Shown one piece after another: positions 39,614-52,407 of a DNA stretch of 64,000 nt. The first letter of the stretch is position 1. Every line of letters starts with the position of its first letter. The notes beneath the pieces were generated by a model that saw nothing but the letters and a program-made list of their open reading frames with translations, was not told the DNA's origin and searched no databases. The DNA is from Octopus bimaculoides (Eukaryota). The stretch spans positions 19,345,400 through 19,409,399 of the forward strand of contig NC_069003.1 of the NCBI RefSeq assembly GCF_001194135.2, in the 5' to 3' direction. The position numbers were made by a program, and so were the translations under genes.

Positions 39614-40877
39614 CGAGGCAATCCCATAAATAATGCAGATTTTTTATACTTATTTTATTTTTCAAAATTAAGATAATCAAAGTTCTTTTGTTATCCAAAA
39701 TATATTCTCCTTCATTTTCTATGATGCTTTTCTATCTACCTGGTAGACTGCAAGATCCCTCTTCCAAAATTCACTTATCTGTGAGGAAAAATACTCCTCC
39801 AGTACTGTTCTGACCTCGTCTACAGAGTTCATATTTTTTCTGTCCAAATGATTTTGGAGATTGCGGAATAAATGATAATCAGATGGTGAATATGGTGGGT
39901 GGGGCATCATTTCCCATTCAAACTGCTCCAGCCTTTGAAATGTCATCCTCGCTAGATGTGGCTGAGCATTATCCTGATGGAAGAACACCTTTCATCTGAA
40001 AACCAAAGCTAGTCCTTTTTCTTCTAACGCTGACTTAAGCTGCTCAAGCTGCTCATAATACATCTCCTTTGTTATCACTTGGTTTGGGCTTAAAAGTTCA
40101 AAGTGGACTAAACTTTTCATATCCCACCAAACAGATAACAACACCTTACATAAGACCTTTAGTCTGGGATGCTGGTGTTTCTCCTTTCCCTACCCGCTGT
40201 CTTCAGTGCTCGACATTTTTATAGAGAACCCATTTCTTGTCACCAGTCACTATTCGGCCCCAAAACGGTTCATTAGTGAGGCTTAACAGCACAGAAGAGC
40301 ACACATTCACTCTCTGTGTGTGATTAGACTTGGAAAGTTTGTGAGGAACCCATTGACCCAATTTGCTAACTTTTCCAGGGGCATGCAGGTGTTGATGAAT
40401 GGTTGAATAACCAAATCCAAGCTTCTCTGCTAGTTTCTCAAGTTACGATGGGATTTTGTTCCACCAGGGTTTGCAGGACATCCTCGTCGAGCTCTACAGA
40501 TCTTCCAGGATGAGGCTTGCCTTCTAGGCTGTAGTTTCCGGCTCGGAATTTCTGGAACTACTGTTGACACTGGCTTGCACTTATTGTCCGATCCCCATAT
40601 ACTGCATTAATATTCCTCACACTTTCCATTGCGTTGTTGCCTTTACTGAACTCATAAAGCAAAATATGCTGAATATGCTCCTTTGTCACTTCCATTATAG
40701 CTTTGAAAAAATAACTTAAAATCAAACTACACTCTTCAAAACTATCACTAAGAATAAGTACAAGGTAAAATTACTACCTGCTTTTATAGCAAGTTGATGG
40801 AGGTAGGTTATTCCATGCCCCTCTGACTTTTAGTTCATGCAACTGAAATAAACTGCATTATTTATGGGATGACCCAA
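39614..40877 (-). mobile_element. Full-length decayed mariner transposon of a second family, in the intron between the first two PDZ exons
   Basis: Inverted terminal match ATCCCATAAATAATGCAG near 39621-39638 and 40853-40870. The right end TA-TTGGGTCATCCC is intact and the left end is degraded. Length is about 1.26 kb. Confidence 0.88.
39719..40695 (-). pseudogene. Mariner transposase pseudogene
   Basis: Starts MEVTKEHIQHILLYEFSKGNNA... at 40695 and ends with the ORF-track segment FHQDNAQPH...PHPPYSP-SDYHLFRNLQNHL (degenerate YSPDLAPSDY). Contains stops and frameshifts. Confidence 0.9.
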
Positions 40878-41792
40878 TATATATATCTACATACATATAC
40901 ACACATATGTATTAGCAGGAACATTGCCCTCCAAGTGGTTTTCTAATAGTTATTAAATGATACATATACATGATTCTCAATGTGTGCAACTTAGCTGATA
41001 TGATACATATAATTATTCTTTTGCAACTTTCATTCATCTAATTGTAATTCCTCATTCAGTAAATAGATTTAGAATAATACCAAGGACTCAAAGACAGCCT
41101 TATAATATAGAAATCAGATATTATGTTGACTTAACTTAGGCACATTAATCTCTCTCTTTTAAACAAACACAAAGGTAGCCCATCCTGTATGTGGTTGTTT
41201 ATTATGCTAGAAATAGCAAGGATAACTTGGGTATATTCTAAGGAATATTGCAACCATATCAACAAATTCACCACTGATAATTTATTTTTGAAATTTTGCC
41301 AATATCTCTGGAAAATCTCATTTTATTAAAAAAAAAACGTTCATTTAACAAATTTCTGAAGGAAAACGGTTTAAAAGTCCTCAAAAGTAATTTTCTTTCC
41401 AGCATAATTGCAATCTATGTCTCCAAAACATGAAATTCATGAGGAATCAAAGTTGAGACATGTGAATTATATGAAACAACAACAACTGTTCCCCACCTCC
41501 CCAAAAAATGTTTCCACAACAAATTCATATAATGATTATATATTATGGTTATATATTATATATATAAATGATTATATATTATGATACATATAATCATAAT
41601 ATACACCATCTAAAATGTATTTGTGGTAAATTTCATTAAAAAATATCTATTTTTCAGAAAGTTATAAGGAAACAAATCTGGGGAGAAATACTTTGGACAA
41701 AAGAAAATGAGACAAGTCTATATTTGGTGCAAATGATGTGAGTGAATTAGAATCACTTTGAAATGGCACTGGATTCAACATAATTTGGTTGT

Positions 41793-42207
41793 ATACTCTT
41801 TTACTCTTACTTGTTTCAGTCATTTGACTGCGGCCATGCTGGAGCATCGCCTTTAGTCGAGCAAATCGACCCCAGGACTTATTCTTTGGATGCCTAGTAC
41901 TTATTCTATCGGTCTCTTTTGCCGAACCGCTAAGTTACGGGGACCTAAACACACCACCATCGGTTGTCAAGCGATGTTGGGGAGACAAACACAGACACAC
42001 AAACATATACACACATATACATACACATATATACATATGTACGACAGGCTTCTTTCAGTTTCCATCTACCAAATCCACTCACAAGGCTTTGGTCAGCCTG
42101 AGGCTATAGTAGAAGACACTTACCCAAGGTGCCACGCAGTGGGAATGAACCCGGAACCATGTGGTTGGTAAGCAAGCTACTTACCACACAGCCACTCCTG
42201 CGCCTAT
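41793..42207 (-). mobile_element. SINE family A, full-length, with long target-site duplication
   Basis: Reverse complement of the 37261 copy. Flanked by ctggatt(c/a)aacataattt at 41769-41786 and 42208-42225. Confidence 0.92.
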
Positions 42208-42613
42208 CTGGATTAAACATAATTTAGAGAATATGTCTATAGAAAGTAGCATTGCAAATATTTGGGCAGCCTTTATATTTTCAGAAGTATAAACAGCATA
42301 AGATGCTGCAGTGAATAAAATTCAGTTTTGTGACTGAATCATGAAGTTGAAGTCTTCAATAAAAAATGAATCATAAAGACCACATTTTGATAAAAATATA
42401 TTAAAATTGGAACTTAGAAGAATGTTCTAGGCAGTGTGTATTTCAATAACTACCTTCTTTTAATAGAAGTTACATACTCCAAACTAATTAATAAGAAACT
42501 TTATTATAGCATAAAAAATACACACACACACACGTGTGTCTGTATACGTATTGACATTTACATGATAGTCACCACTGAACAGTGAAATAAGAAACTTAAA
42601 AGCAAAAACTTAC

Positions 42614-42891
42614 CCACAATGCTGATGCCTAAACTCTTGCCAGGTTCTCGCTCAAGAGTAACTTCACGTGGCGCCCTCCATGTGTGGTCCCCAGTGGCTG
42701 GAGAGCCATCACACGATAGTGTCATCTGGCGCCCTTGTCCTTTAGAGGTGATGGGTACAATTGGAGATGTGGGAGCACTTGCGGGTTTCTCTTTGCCCAG
42801 ATGAAGTGGACTGTGTGATGGTGATGTGTAAGCAGAACGAAGCCCCTCCGTACTGCCGTGACCATACATGTGTATTGGAGATAAATTGGAA
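42614..42891 (-). CDS. MPDZ: Coding exon of a multi-PDZ scaffold protein (MPDZ/PATJ family): S/P-rich linker plus start of a PDZ domain (...TWRAPREVTLEREPGKSLGISIVG)
   Basis: Polypyrimidine tract and tacag acceptor (AG at 42893-42892). The 278 nt read as 1 + 92 codons + 1. Donor G|gtaagt at 42613. W-x-x-PR-x-V-x-L-x-REPGKSLGISIVG closely matches the N-terminus of MPDZ PDZ7 / PATJ as recalled. MPDZ versus PATJ cannot be fully resolved from sequence alone. Confidence 0.9.
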
Positions 42892-43364
42892 CTGTAGTAA
42901 GGGAAAGAGAAGAAAAGGAAACATAAAATATATTTGGAGAAGTACCAGCAATGTTTCATCTTATAATGATATTAATAACAATTGTAACAACATCAACAAC
43001 AATTGTTTCTAAAATAAGTACAATGCCACAAGTTTGTGTTGGGGGTGAGGGTCAGTTGATTAGATTGAGCTAAGCATTTCATTGGTACTTCATTTCCAGG
43101 AGTATAAGCAGAAGTATTAAAAAAGATGCTACCTTGTAGTGTAAGATGACTATGTCGCAGTAAATAAAAATTAGTTTTGTGATTGAAACATGAAGTTGAA
43201 AGCTTCAGTAATAAAAGAATCTTGAAAAACACATTGAGTTAAGTATTTATCTGCTATGTTATTTTAGAGATCCCAGAGATATGGAGAGAAAAGTCGACAT
43301 TGATAGGATTTGACCTCAGAATGTAAAGAGCTGGAACAAATACAGCAAAACATTTTACCCAATA

Positions 43365-43428
<64 letters not shown>

Positions 43429-43705
43429 GTGAAAAAACAATGATGAAGTGGGGCAATGAAGAGAGTGGACATGATACCAATAGTGATTGGTGCACTTGGA
43501 AGTATCAGTACCAAACTACCAGCATGGCTCAAAAAAAGATTGGAACGAATGTAAAAACAGAACACATACAAAAATCGTCATTGCTTGGAACTGCAAGAGT
43601 TCTCTGCAGTGTTAATGAAGCATGATCAGTAAACAAGAGTCAACTTAGTGTGCTGGTACTTTCCATCATACTCAGCAAAATAAAGCTGAAATTTTTCATG
43701 ATATA
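43429..43705 (+). mobile_element. Short 3' fragment of a REL non-LTR retrotransposon, inserted directly after a (TAA)n array
   Basis: Reads ..MKRVDMIPIVIGALGSISTKLPAWL..IGTNVKTEHIQKSSLLGTARVL.., homologous to the C-terminus of the 23 kb copy. The 5' junction abuts (TAA)n at 43365-43428. Confidence 0.8.
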
Positions 43706-44400
43706 ATAATGATCACAAATTTTGCCACAAGACCAGCAATTTCGGGGGAGAAGATAAGTCACTTAGATTGGCCCCAGAGTTCAGCTCGTACTTATTTTAT
43801 TGACCCTGAAAAAATGAAAGGCAAAGACAACCTCAGAGGAATTTGAACTCAGAGCATAAGGATGGATGAGATTCCTCTAAGCACTTTTCCCAGCACAGTA
43901 ACGATTCTTACATTTTCATGATAAAATTAATAATAATAATAATGATAATAATAATAATAATTCTCTCTATTACAGGCACAAAGCCTGAAATGTTGTGGGG
44001 AGGAGCTTAGCTAATTACATTGACTCAAGTGCACAACTGGTACTTATTTTATTAACCTCGGAGAGGATGAAAGGCAAAGTGGGTCTCGAATTTGAAGTTT
44101 GAATGTAAAGAGGTGGAAGAAATAACACAAAGCATTATGTCTGATGCTCTAACAATTCTGTGAACCCCACTCCTTCTATCATAGTTCCTAAATTTTAGAG
44201 AGGGGTATGGTAATTTTTAATGGGAGGAGCTTAATCAAACTGACCCTAGTAATTGGGTGGTACTTTATTTATCGACCCTAGAAGGAAAAAAGGCAAAATT
44301 GATGTCACTGGATTTGAACTAAGAATGTAAAGACTTGGAACAAATACCATGAGATATTTTCTCCCTGATGCTTTAATGTTTCTGCCAATCCACCACCCTA
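43705..44400 (-). mobile_element. Three diverged SINE family B copies
   Basis: The tacttattttatt gaccc...aaaggcaaag...gaatttgaact motif recurs near 43790, 44040 and 44260. Further single copies lie at about 15200-15415, 33060-33250, 45540-45770 and 45990-46210. Confidence 0.8.
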
Positions 44401-45279
44401 AAATATTGAAATACACACACACATGCATGTACAAAAGCACAGACTAATTATTGGAATTAATTAAAAATTTTACAAAGTCTGAGGAAACTTGTGAAGATCT
44501 GTGTTATTAGAAATTAATTAGTGAACTTTGTAAATTTGGATACGTTTGCATGTTTATAGGCAAATAATTAATTAATTTACTGAATGCTGGCATGTGTGCA
44601 AGCAGTGCTGAATACAAATTAATGTTGGCATAAAAGTTTTGTTGCTCTTGATGGTGTAGGAACAGAGGTTCCAGACTCTAATGAGGTGATCAAAACATTG
44701 CAGTTTTTGCCATCTGACAATGTTTCAGCATCTGAATGGATCTTATTTTAAGAAGTCAAAATCAACCGCAGCAGATTCTGAACTTAGAAAGCAAAGGGAA
44801 GTTTAAAAACTAAATACTGCAAAGCATCTTGTCCACAACAATACTGATTATGTGACTTACTACCATTTCAATATTAATAATAACAATAATAAAACATAAT
44901 GGCAATACAAGAGATAATAATATCATAGATACATCATGTGTTTTTCTGTGTTTAACAAATAAAACAAATTGAAGAAAGATGTTAGTTTAATCAGAAACAT
45001 TGAGTTTGTGTTTTTTTTTGAAAACTTCAAATAAATAATGTGATTCTTAAAATAATAAATTAGTTAAATAAGACATTATAATTTTTAAACAACTTGAAAT
45101 ATTTTTCTCTCACTGCTGGAAAGAAAAAGACAGAACATTAAAGAAACTAAACTTGGGAAAAGCTAAGATTTTGTAACAAGAACAATTCCTTTAACATTGT
45201 TTTGTAATTATATTTCTAATTAAATACACTGCTTCTATAATTCTAATAATTTTTGAAATAATGAAGAATTTAAAGAGGT

Positions 45280-45511
45280 TTAACTTTTTTAATACCAACC
45301 TATCTGAAAGCATCTTTGGAAGGTAGTGTATTACAAAATTTCTGTTATAAATTTATCTAAATTAAAGCTTCCTATCAAAATTTTATGTTAATTTATATTC
45401 CAAACACCAGTTTAATAATGACAGTTATTTAAATAAATACTTCATTATTTTCAAAATTAATTGAAATTAAGGCAGTGTATTTCCGCAGAAATATGATAAC
45501 AAAAGGGTTAA
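45280..45511. mobile_element. piggyBac-like MITE copy
   Basis: Bounded by TTAA at 45280-45283 and 45508-45511 (aaaagggTTAA), with the same body as the 21.8 kb copies. Confidence 0.7.
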
Positions 45512-47124
45512 AATGTGATAAACTTTTATTTTGATTATTGAGCTGGTGTAGCGAGGTAGATTGACAGAATCATGAGAGCATTGGACAAAACACCTTGAAG
45601 CAAGTGTTTGGCTCTTCATATTCTGAGATTGACTCCTGCTATAGTCAACTTTGCCGCTTATCCCTCTGGGGTCAATAAAATAAAGTATCAATCAAATACT
45701 GGAGTTGATTTAATTGACAAATATCTTTCCCTCAAAACTGCTATCCTTGTGCTTGAATTAGAAACCATTATTAAGTTGGTGGTGTCTGGAATATAATTTA
45801 ATGAAATTATGATGGATGGTTGAACTGTATTTATTTTTAAATGGACAGACTTTTTTTTCGTAAGACCTAGAGGTAGTGTCAGGATAAGTGGTATCAAAAG
45901 AATTCAGGAATACAATGCGAAGTAGCTGTTGTTTTCCTTTTATTTTTTGTTATAGATAGAGATATAACAACAATAATGGTAATAATAACTGTTTCAAATT
46001 TCAGCACAAAGCCAGCAATTTTAGGAAAATAGGCAAGTTGGATTAAGTTGACATCTGTACTGGACTGGTACTTTATTTCATTGACCCTCAAAAAATGAAA
46101 AAAATGAAAAGCAAAATCAACCTCAGTGAGATTTGAGCTCAAAACATAAAGAGCCAAAAGAAATTTCTGATAAGCATTTTGTTCAACATGTTAACAATTC
46201 AGCCAACTTGCTGTTTAGAAATAATAATAATAATAATTTCCTGTATTTGCTACAAGCTCACTGAAAAAGGGTCTGTTGGGGGTGCCTATTATCTTTTACT
46301 GGTTTCAATCACTGGATTAAGACCATGCTGGAGCATTACCTTGAAGGGCATATTAGTCAATTATATCAATACCTATCATTATTGAATACAACTTATTTTT
46401 ATTCACCTTGTTTGGACAAATAGCAGAGTGAACTCAGATTGTGAAAGGATGGAAGCAAATGATACAAGTTATTTAATTTACCTCTCTAATAATTTGGTCA
46501 TCTACCTATATGTCTTGGATTGAAATTCTTTAATTAAACTCAATGAAACCAAACAATTGTTAACTTTACATCTCCAGAAGATTTGTTGTTACAGTAATCA
46601 GTTTTGAAAGATGTTATGACAATAATTGTATAAAAATCTTGTTATTTTAGTCTCTAGGCAATCCATCCATGACCATCCAATATGTCTATTATTTATGTGA
46701 AGCAGTAACATGTTTTTAAGAGCTTTGGGGATTATTTCTAGCAGATGGAGTGATCATGGATAGGATCTATTGCTGGCTGATTTGGAAAAATTGTAAAAGC
46801 TGTATGCTTGAGTACAAGACATAGTTATAAAACTGAAAATAACTATAAAAAATGAATGCAATTAAAAACATGAATAAAACATTAGCAAAAATATTATTAA
46901 TGTCTGCAATATTTATAAGATATAATGTAACATAAAACAAAAACAATAAAGAACATGTTCCAATAAAAACATAAAAATATCTCAAATTTTAAAACATTAT
47001 AAAGATTGTAATTAACAAACATTTGAAAATCAAGATGTTTATTAAAAATAAATAAAATCATAGTTAAAATATAAAAACCTTGTAAATGATAAAGTGTAAA
47101 AAAAAAGTAAATAATCGTTTCATA

Positions 47125-47991
47125 TCTTAGCACAAAGCCAGCAACTTTGGGGGAGAGGATTTGTTGATTATATTGGCACCAGTGCTCAACTGGTACTACT
47201 TATTTTATCTACCCTGGAAAGACGAAAGGCAAAGTTAACCTCAGCTGGATTTGAACTCAGAATGTAAAGAGCTGAAATAAACACTGCTAAACATTTTGTC
47301 CAGTGCAGTAACAGTTCTACCAGTTTACTGCCTTAATAATACTAACGATAATAATAATAATGATAATAATGATTTTCAAGTTTTGGCACAAGGCCAGCAA
47401 TTACATTGGCCCCAGTGCTCAACTGATACTTACTTCATCAACCCCAAAAGGATGAAAAGCAAAGTCAACATAAAAGTGGACAAAACATCGCCAAGCATTT
47501 TAATCTGACATGCTAACAATTCTGCCAGTTCACCACCTTAATAATAATAATAATCCTTTATACTATAGACACAAGGCCTGAAATTTGGAGTAGGGGACTA
47601 GTTGATTACATTGACTCCAGTGAATAACTGGTACTTATTTCATTGACCCTGAAAGAATAAAAGCCAATGTCAGCTTTAGGGGAATTCGAACTCAGAATGT
47701 AAGGACAGATAAAATGCTGCTAAGCATTTTGCTCAGAATGTTAACAATTCCGCCAGCTCGCCACTTTAATAATAATAATCCTTTCAGCTAAAGGCACAAA
47801 GCCTGAAATTTTGTAGGAGGGGATTAGTTGATTACATTAATCCCAATGTTTCACTGGTACTGAATTTATCTACCCCAAAAGGATGAAAAGCAAAGTCGAC
47901 TTCAGTTGAATTTGAACTCAGAACATAGCAACAGGCAAAATACTGCTAAGCATTTCATCCAGCATGCTAATGATTCTGCCAGTTCACCACC

Positions 47992-48000
<9 letters not shown>
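47125..48000 (-). mobile_element. Head-to-tail array of four SINE family B copies joined by (TAA)n
   Basis: Repeated unit cacaaggcc...actggtacttatttt..gacccc.aaaggatgaaagcaaagtc.acc...gaatttgaactcagaa...taagcatttt...ttctgccag.tc.cc.cc at about 47125, 47385, 47565 and 47790. A long (TAA)n follows at 47995-48051. Confidence 0.88.
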
Positions 48001-48058
<58 letters not shown>

Positions 48059-48617
48059 CCATGTTGAAATGATATAATATATCCATCTAAATATATATTT
48101 CACATTATATTAAGAAGTGGTGCATGATACCAGAATTTTGGACTCAAATCAAATCTAACAAACTACTCCAAATCATTGTTAGGTTGTCCACATAAAGGAA
48201 GTCTAGACCAGCTAGTTTGTACTGGCATTGAGTCATGTCAGTTGTAATAATGAAGTCAGGCCAAATATTGTTATTTTGAAGTCGTTTAATATTAATGTTT
48301 CAGATTTGTGTAATATATACTGGGAAAAGCATAATGGATGCATTTCCTATTATATATTATACAGACCTGAAATGCATGTATTAAATCATTTTAAAATATC
48401 ACTATTTGGTTTGACTTCATTATTACAACTTGTGTGCATATGTGCAAGTGTGTATCTATCTAGACATATTTAGGGCATCCAGCTGTAGAAACTCTGCCAA
48501 ATTAGATTGGAGCCTGGTGTTGCCATCCGGTTTCACCAGTCCTCAATCAAATCGTCCAACCCATGCTAGCATGGAAAGCGGACGTTAAACGATGATGATG
48601 ATGATGATAATGATATA

Positions 48618-48859
48618 TAATTAACATAATATGGTAAAAATTTGATATTGATTAATATCAATTTAATACCAGGAAACTAGCACATTAAAAGAATCAGAAG
48701 GTTCTTTAAAAAATTTTTTTAGAGATCCTAAAAAGATTATAGTACTTAGGATCTCGAAAAAAAAATTTTCAAGAACCTTCTGATTCTTTTAATGTGCTAG
48801 TTTCCTGGTATTAAATTGATATTAATTAATATCGAATTTTTACCATATTATGTTAATTA
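48618..48859. repeat. 242-bp near-perfect palindrome (fold-back/MITE-like)
   Basis: Arms 48618-48731 and 48746-48859 with a 14-nt loop. They include a 56-bp perfectly complementary stretch and a few mismatches or indels elsewhere. Confidence 0.92.
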
Positions 48860-49251
48860 ACCATAATCACATTTCTCAAAGTTGGTANNNNNNNNNNTAT
48901 TTTCCGGATTCAACGCGCCAAAACTAAGACTTTTGAATTTTAATCTTTATAATGGATAGAATCACGTGCACACTTTCACTAGTTGAAGACAACTAGCACG
49001 AGATTCTGTTCGATTGTAAAAATATCGGCAATCTGTACTGAAGATAAATAGACACTTTTATTTTGAAAGTGTTGATTTTGAAACTATAGTCTGCAGATAA
49101 TCGAGGTATGTACAATTTTCACTGGTCTAGCCCGCCTGTTTTTGCTCCGCTGAATCCATATTTGAGAATTTTTTAAGTGAGCTTCTTCTAGCATTTTGAC
49201 AGACTGGTCACTGGTCAATCTTATATACACAAGTACTATATATATATATAT

Positions 49252-49283
<32 letters not shown>

Positions 49284-50105
49284 ACCTTTGAATAATGTAA
49301 AATAGTAAAAAAGATGTTTGGATGGCATAATATTTCAGAATATGTGGTTTATTAAGACATGTTTACAAGTGTATGCTCTGATCTGTGAATGGGCAATAAG
49401 ACATCAACTAAATTGAGGTGAGTTAAACCTAAAATCTTTGAGCTACTTCCATGACTTGGTCATATCTTTCTTCCCCAACATCCATACCATTCATCTTGTC
49501 TTTACCAATCTGACAGTGTGATGTTAATGTTTAATGTGAATCAGCTGTCAGTTGTTAGTGTCTGATTGGCCAGGGAATCTGCAGACATTTCCAAAGACAG
49601 ATGCCATTCACTTTGGTTTTAATAGCTTTCTTTCGATGAGGAATGGCAATACTATACTCTTTTGTAGAACCACCAGAAGTAGTGGGCTGAAAGGGAGGCA
49701 AGAAGCCACAACAAGCAGGTTGATGCCATAACAACAGAAAGTGACACATTAACAGATGGAGTTATCTACACTCATACAGAAGTCCAGGTCTTCAAATGCT
49801 TACAGCAGAGTAGACTCTGTTAAAGGCAACCAAAACACAGGTGGCAGAATTAGGTCTAACACCCAGCAATGGATATCATATTTAATTTGTGCAATGATTT
49901 TCCATCTAGTTCTCATCTGCAGATGAAACTTCATACAAAAGACTGGAGAGGAGACGCTTGCCCATCGGATGGTACAGCAGAACTTAACCCAAATTCTGAA
50001 GTGAATTTGCTTCTCATTCAAGCAACATTCACATCACTAATTCTGATAAAGGAAATTCTAAATTTTAACAGGATTTTATTTTGCTTTTTATTTCAAGGAG
50101 TGAGC

Positions 50106-50139
<34 letters not shown>

Positions 50140-50189
50140 TTTATTATTATTATTATCATCGTCATCATCATCATTATTATTATTGAGTG

Positions 50190-50670
50190 AGAGAGCAGTT
50201 TATGCCATTAAAGTAATACTGGGATACAAATATATGAAGCCCAATATACTCATCATGATTACCCATCTGAAAAGGGTTACCACTGTAGCAAAGGTTACCA
50301 CTGTGAAAGTACACTGCTATAAGGGTACACCAGGCACATGCATCACAACCATATGTGTGCGACATGGTGATTGTAACATGGAGATAGACAGCACATGACC
50401 TTGCAGGTGGAGCCCTCTTTTTTAAGTTGAGTAGCCCATCCCGTTCAAGACATCCCTGAATGACGCTTCGAGAGGTGAATTATAAAAACACCAAAGAATT
50501 CCTCTCAACACATGGCTATGATGCTCCTCCATTATTTCTGCTCATTATCAGAGATGCACATATTGTCAGCCACCAAGGGACATGCTCAACTGGTTAAGGT
50601 CAAACAACTGACAAATAAATCAGTGGGATTGAGCAGAATATTTGCTGTAGCCCATCTTTTACACCAAAAC
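50190..50670 (-). mobile_element. Interspersed repeat, probable retroelement 3' UTR with (TAA)n tail
   Basis: Higher-complexity block bounded by (ATT)n at both ends. The minus strand ends ...ctctctcactcaataataataat. Family not identified. Confidence 0.5.
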
Positions 50671-50671
50671 A

Positions 50672-50711
<40 letters not shown>

Positions 50712-51598
50712 GTAGTAGTAGTAGTTGTAGTAGTAGTAGTAGTAGTGGTAGCAGCAGCAGCAGTAGATTAGGGTGATGGATAGGCAGAACCATTAGAGCA
50801 TGGAACAAAATCTTAGTAGGATTTCTTCCAGTTTTTTACATTCTGAGTTCACATGATAATATATATTTTCAATAAGTTTTGAGTAATTGCTACGATTTTG
50901 AATAATTGCTATGAATTTTGCTAGTGTTTAATCCCAATTCAGCTCTTATCTTGGAGGCCTCTGATCAAAAGCATTCCAGTTATAACCATCCATTTTTTTT
51001 TATTGAACTACATAGAATTACTTTAGTTAATGTGTTCCCTTCTTTATGATATTAGGTTACAACTTATGGTGATTTGGTTGGTGTTTCCAGTAAATCGAAC
51101 TGCTCATTATTAACTGAAAACACTATGGTTTAGTGACATGTATAGAATATATTAAATTTCCCACAAAGTTCAACATTCAACTGTGATTATTGCTATCAGG
51201 ATATCAATAAACAAGTTCTTGTTTCTGAGAAACTGATGTCCCTTAGCTATATTGATGATATCAAAGAACATCAAAGACATTCTAGAATCATATCAAATAC
51301 TTGAACAGTTCTTTGGAATATGAATTTACAAGAATTTACACTCAGACAGCTACAAGTGGCAATCACGGATCTACAGAAATACACACACAAACACACAGAG
51401 AAACATTTGTTGATACATGTCTACTGTAAGATACTTAGTTACTTATATAGTGGTTTAATTCATAAAGTATTGCTGTGTGGCTAAGAAGTTTGCTTCTCAA
51501 TCATGTAGTTTTTGGGTTCAGTCCTACAGCTTCTAACATTGCCCTGAGTTAACCAATTTTTTGTCAGTGAATTTTGATAGATGAAAACTGCAATAAGC

Positions 51599-51641
<43 letters not shown>

Positions 51642-52407
51642 NNNNNNNNNNNNNNNNNNNNNNNNNNNNNNNNNNNNNNNNNNNNNNNNNNNNNNNNNNN
51701 NNNNNNNNNNNNNNNNNNNNNNNNNNNNNNNNNNNNNNNNNNNNNNNNNNNNNNNNNNNNNNNNNNNNNNNNNNNNNNNNNNNNNNNNNNNNNNNNNNNN
51801 NNNNNNNNNNNNNNNNNNNNNNNNNNNNNNNNNNNNNNNNNNNNNNNNNNNNNNNNNNNNNNNNNNNNNNNNNNNNNNNNNNNNNNNNNNNNNNNNNNNN
51901 NNNNNNNNNNNNNNNNNNNNNNNNNNNNNNNNNNNNNNNNNNNNNNNNNNNNNNNNNNNNNNNNNNNNNNNNNNNNNNNNNNNNNNNNNNNNNNNNNNNN
52001 NNNNNNNNNNNNNNNNNNNNNNNNNNNNNNNNNNNNNNNNNNNNNNNNNNNNNNNNNNNNNNNNNNNNNNNNNNNNNNNNNNNNNNNNNNNNNNNNNNNN
52101 NNNNNNNNNNNNNNNNNNNNNNNNNNNNNNNNNNNNNNNNNNNNNNNNNNNNNNNNNNNNNNNNNNNNNNNNNNNNNNNNNNNNNNNNNNNNNNNNNNNN
52201 NNNNNNNNNNNNNNNNNNNNNNNNNNNNNNNNNNNNNNNNNNNNNNNNNNNNNNNNNNNNNNNNNNNNNNNNNNNNNNNNNNNNNNNNNNNNNNNNNNNN
52301 NNNNNNNNNNNNNNNNNNNNNNNNNNNNNNNNNNNNNNNNNNNNNNNNNNNNNNNNNNNNNNNNNNNNNNNNNNNNNNNNNNNNNNNNNNNNNNNNNNNN
52401 NNNNNNN
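51642..52407. other. Assembly gap (N run) flanked by (TA)n; smaller gaps near 20517, 48888, 54623 and 62695
   Basis: Run of N. Confidence 0.99.

Noticed and set aside
47125-48000. Regularly spaced repeats superficially like a CRISPR array
   Set aside because: The units are 150-210-bp diverged SINEs in eukaryotic DNA, with no short identical repeats, unique spacers or cas genes.
49937-49995. Candidate minus-strand exon (ttcag|..FGLSSAVPSDGQASPLQSF|gtatga)
   Set aside because: It has plausible splice sites and S/P-rich content, but it ends in phase 0 while the next confirmed exon needs phase 2. There is no homology support, and the surrounding block may be an old LINE remnant.
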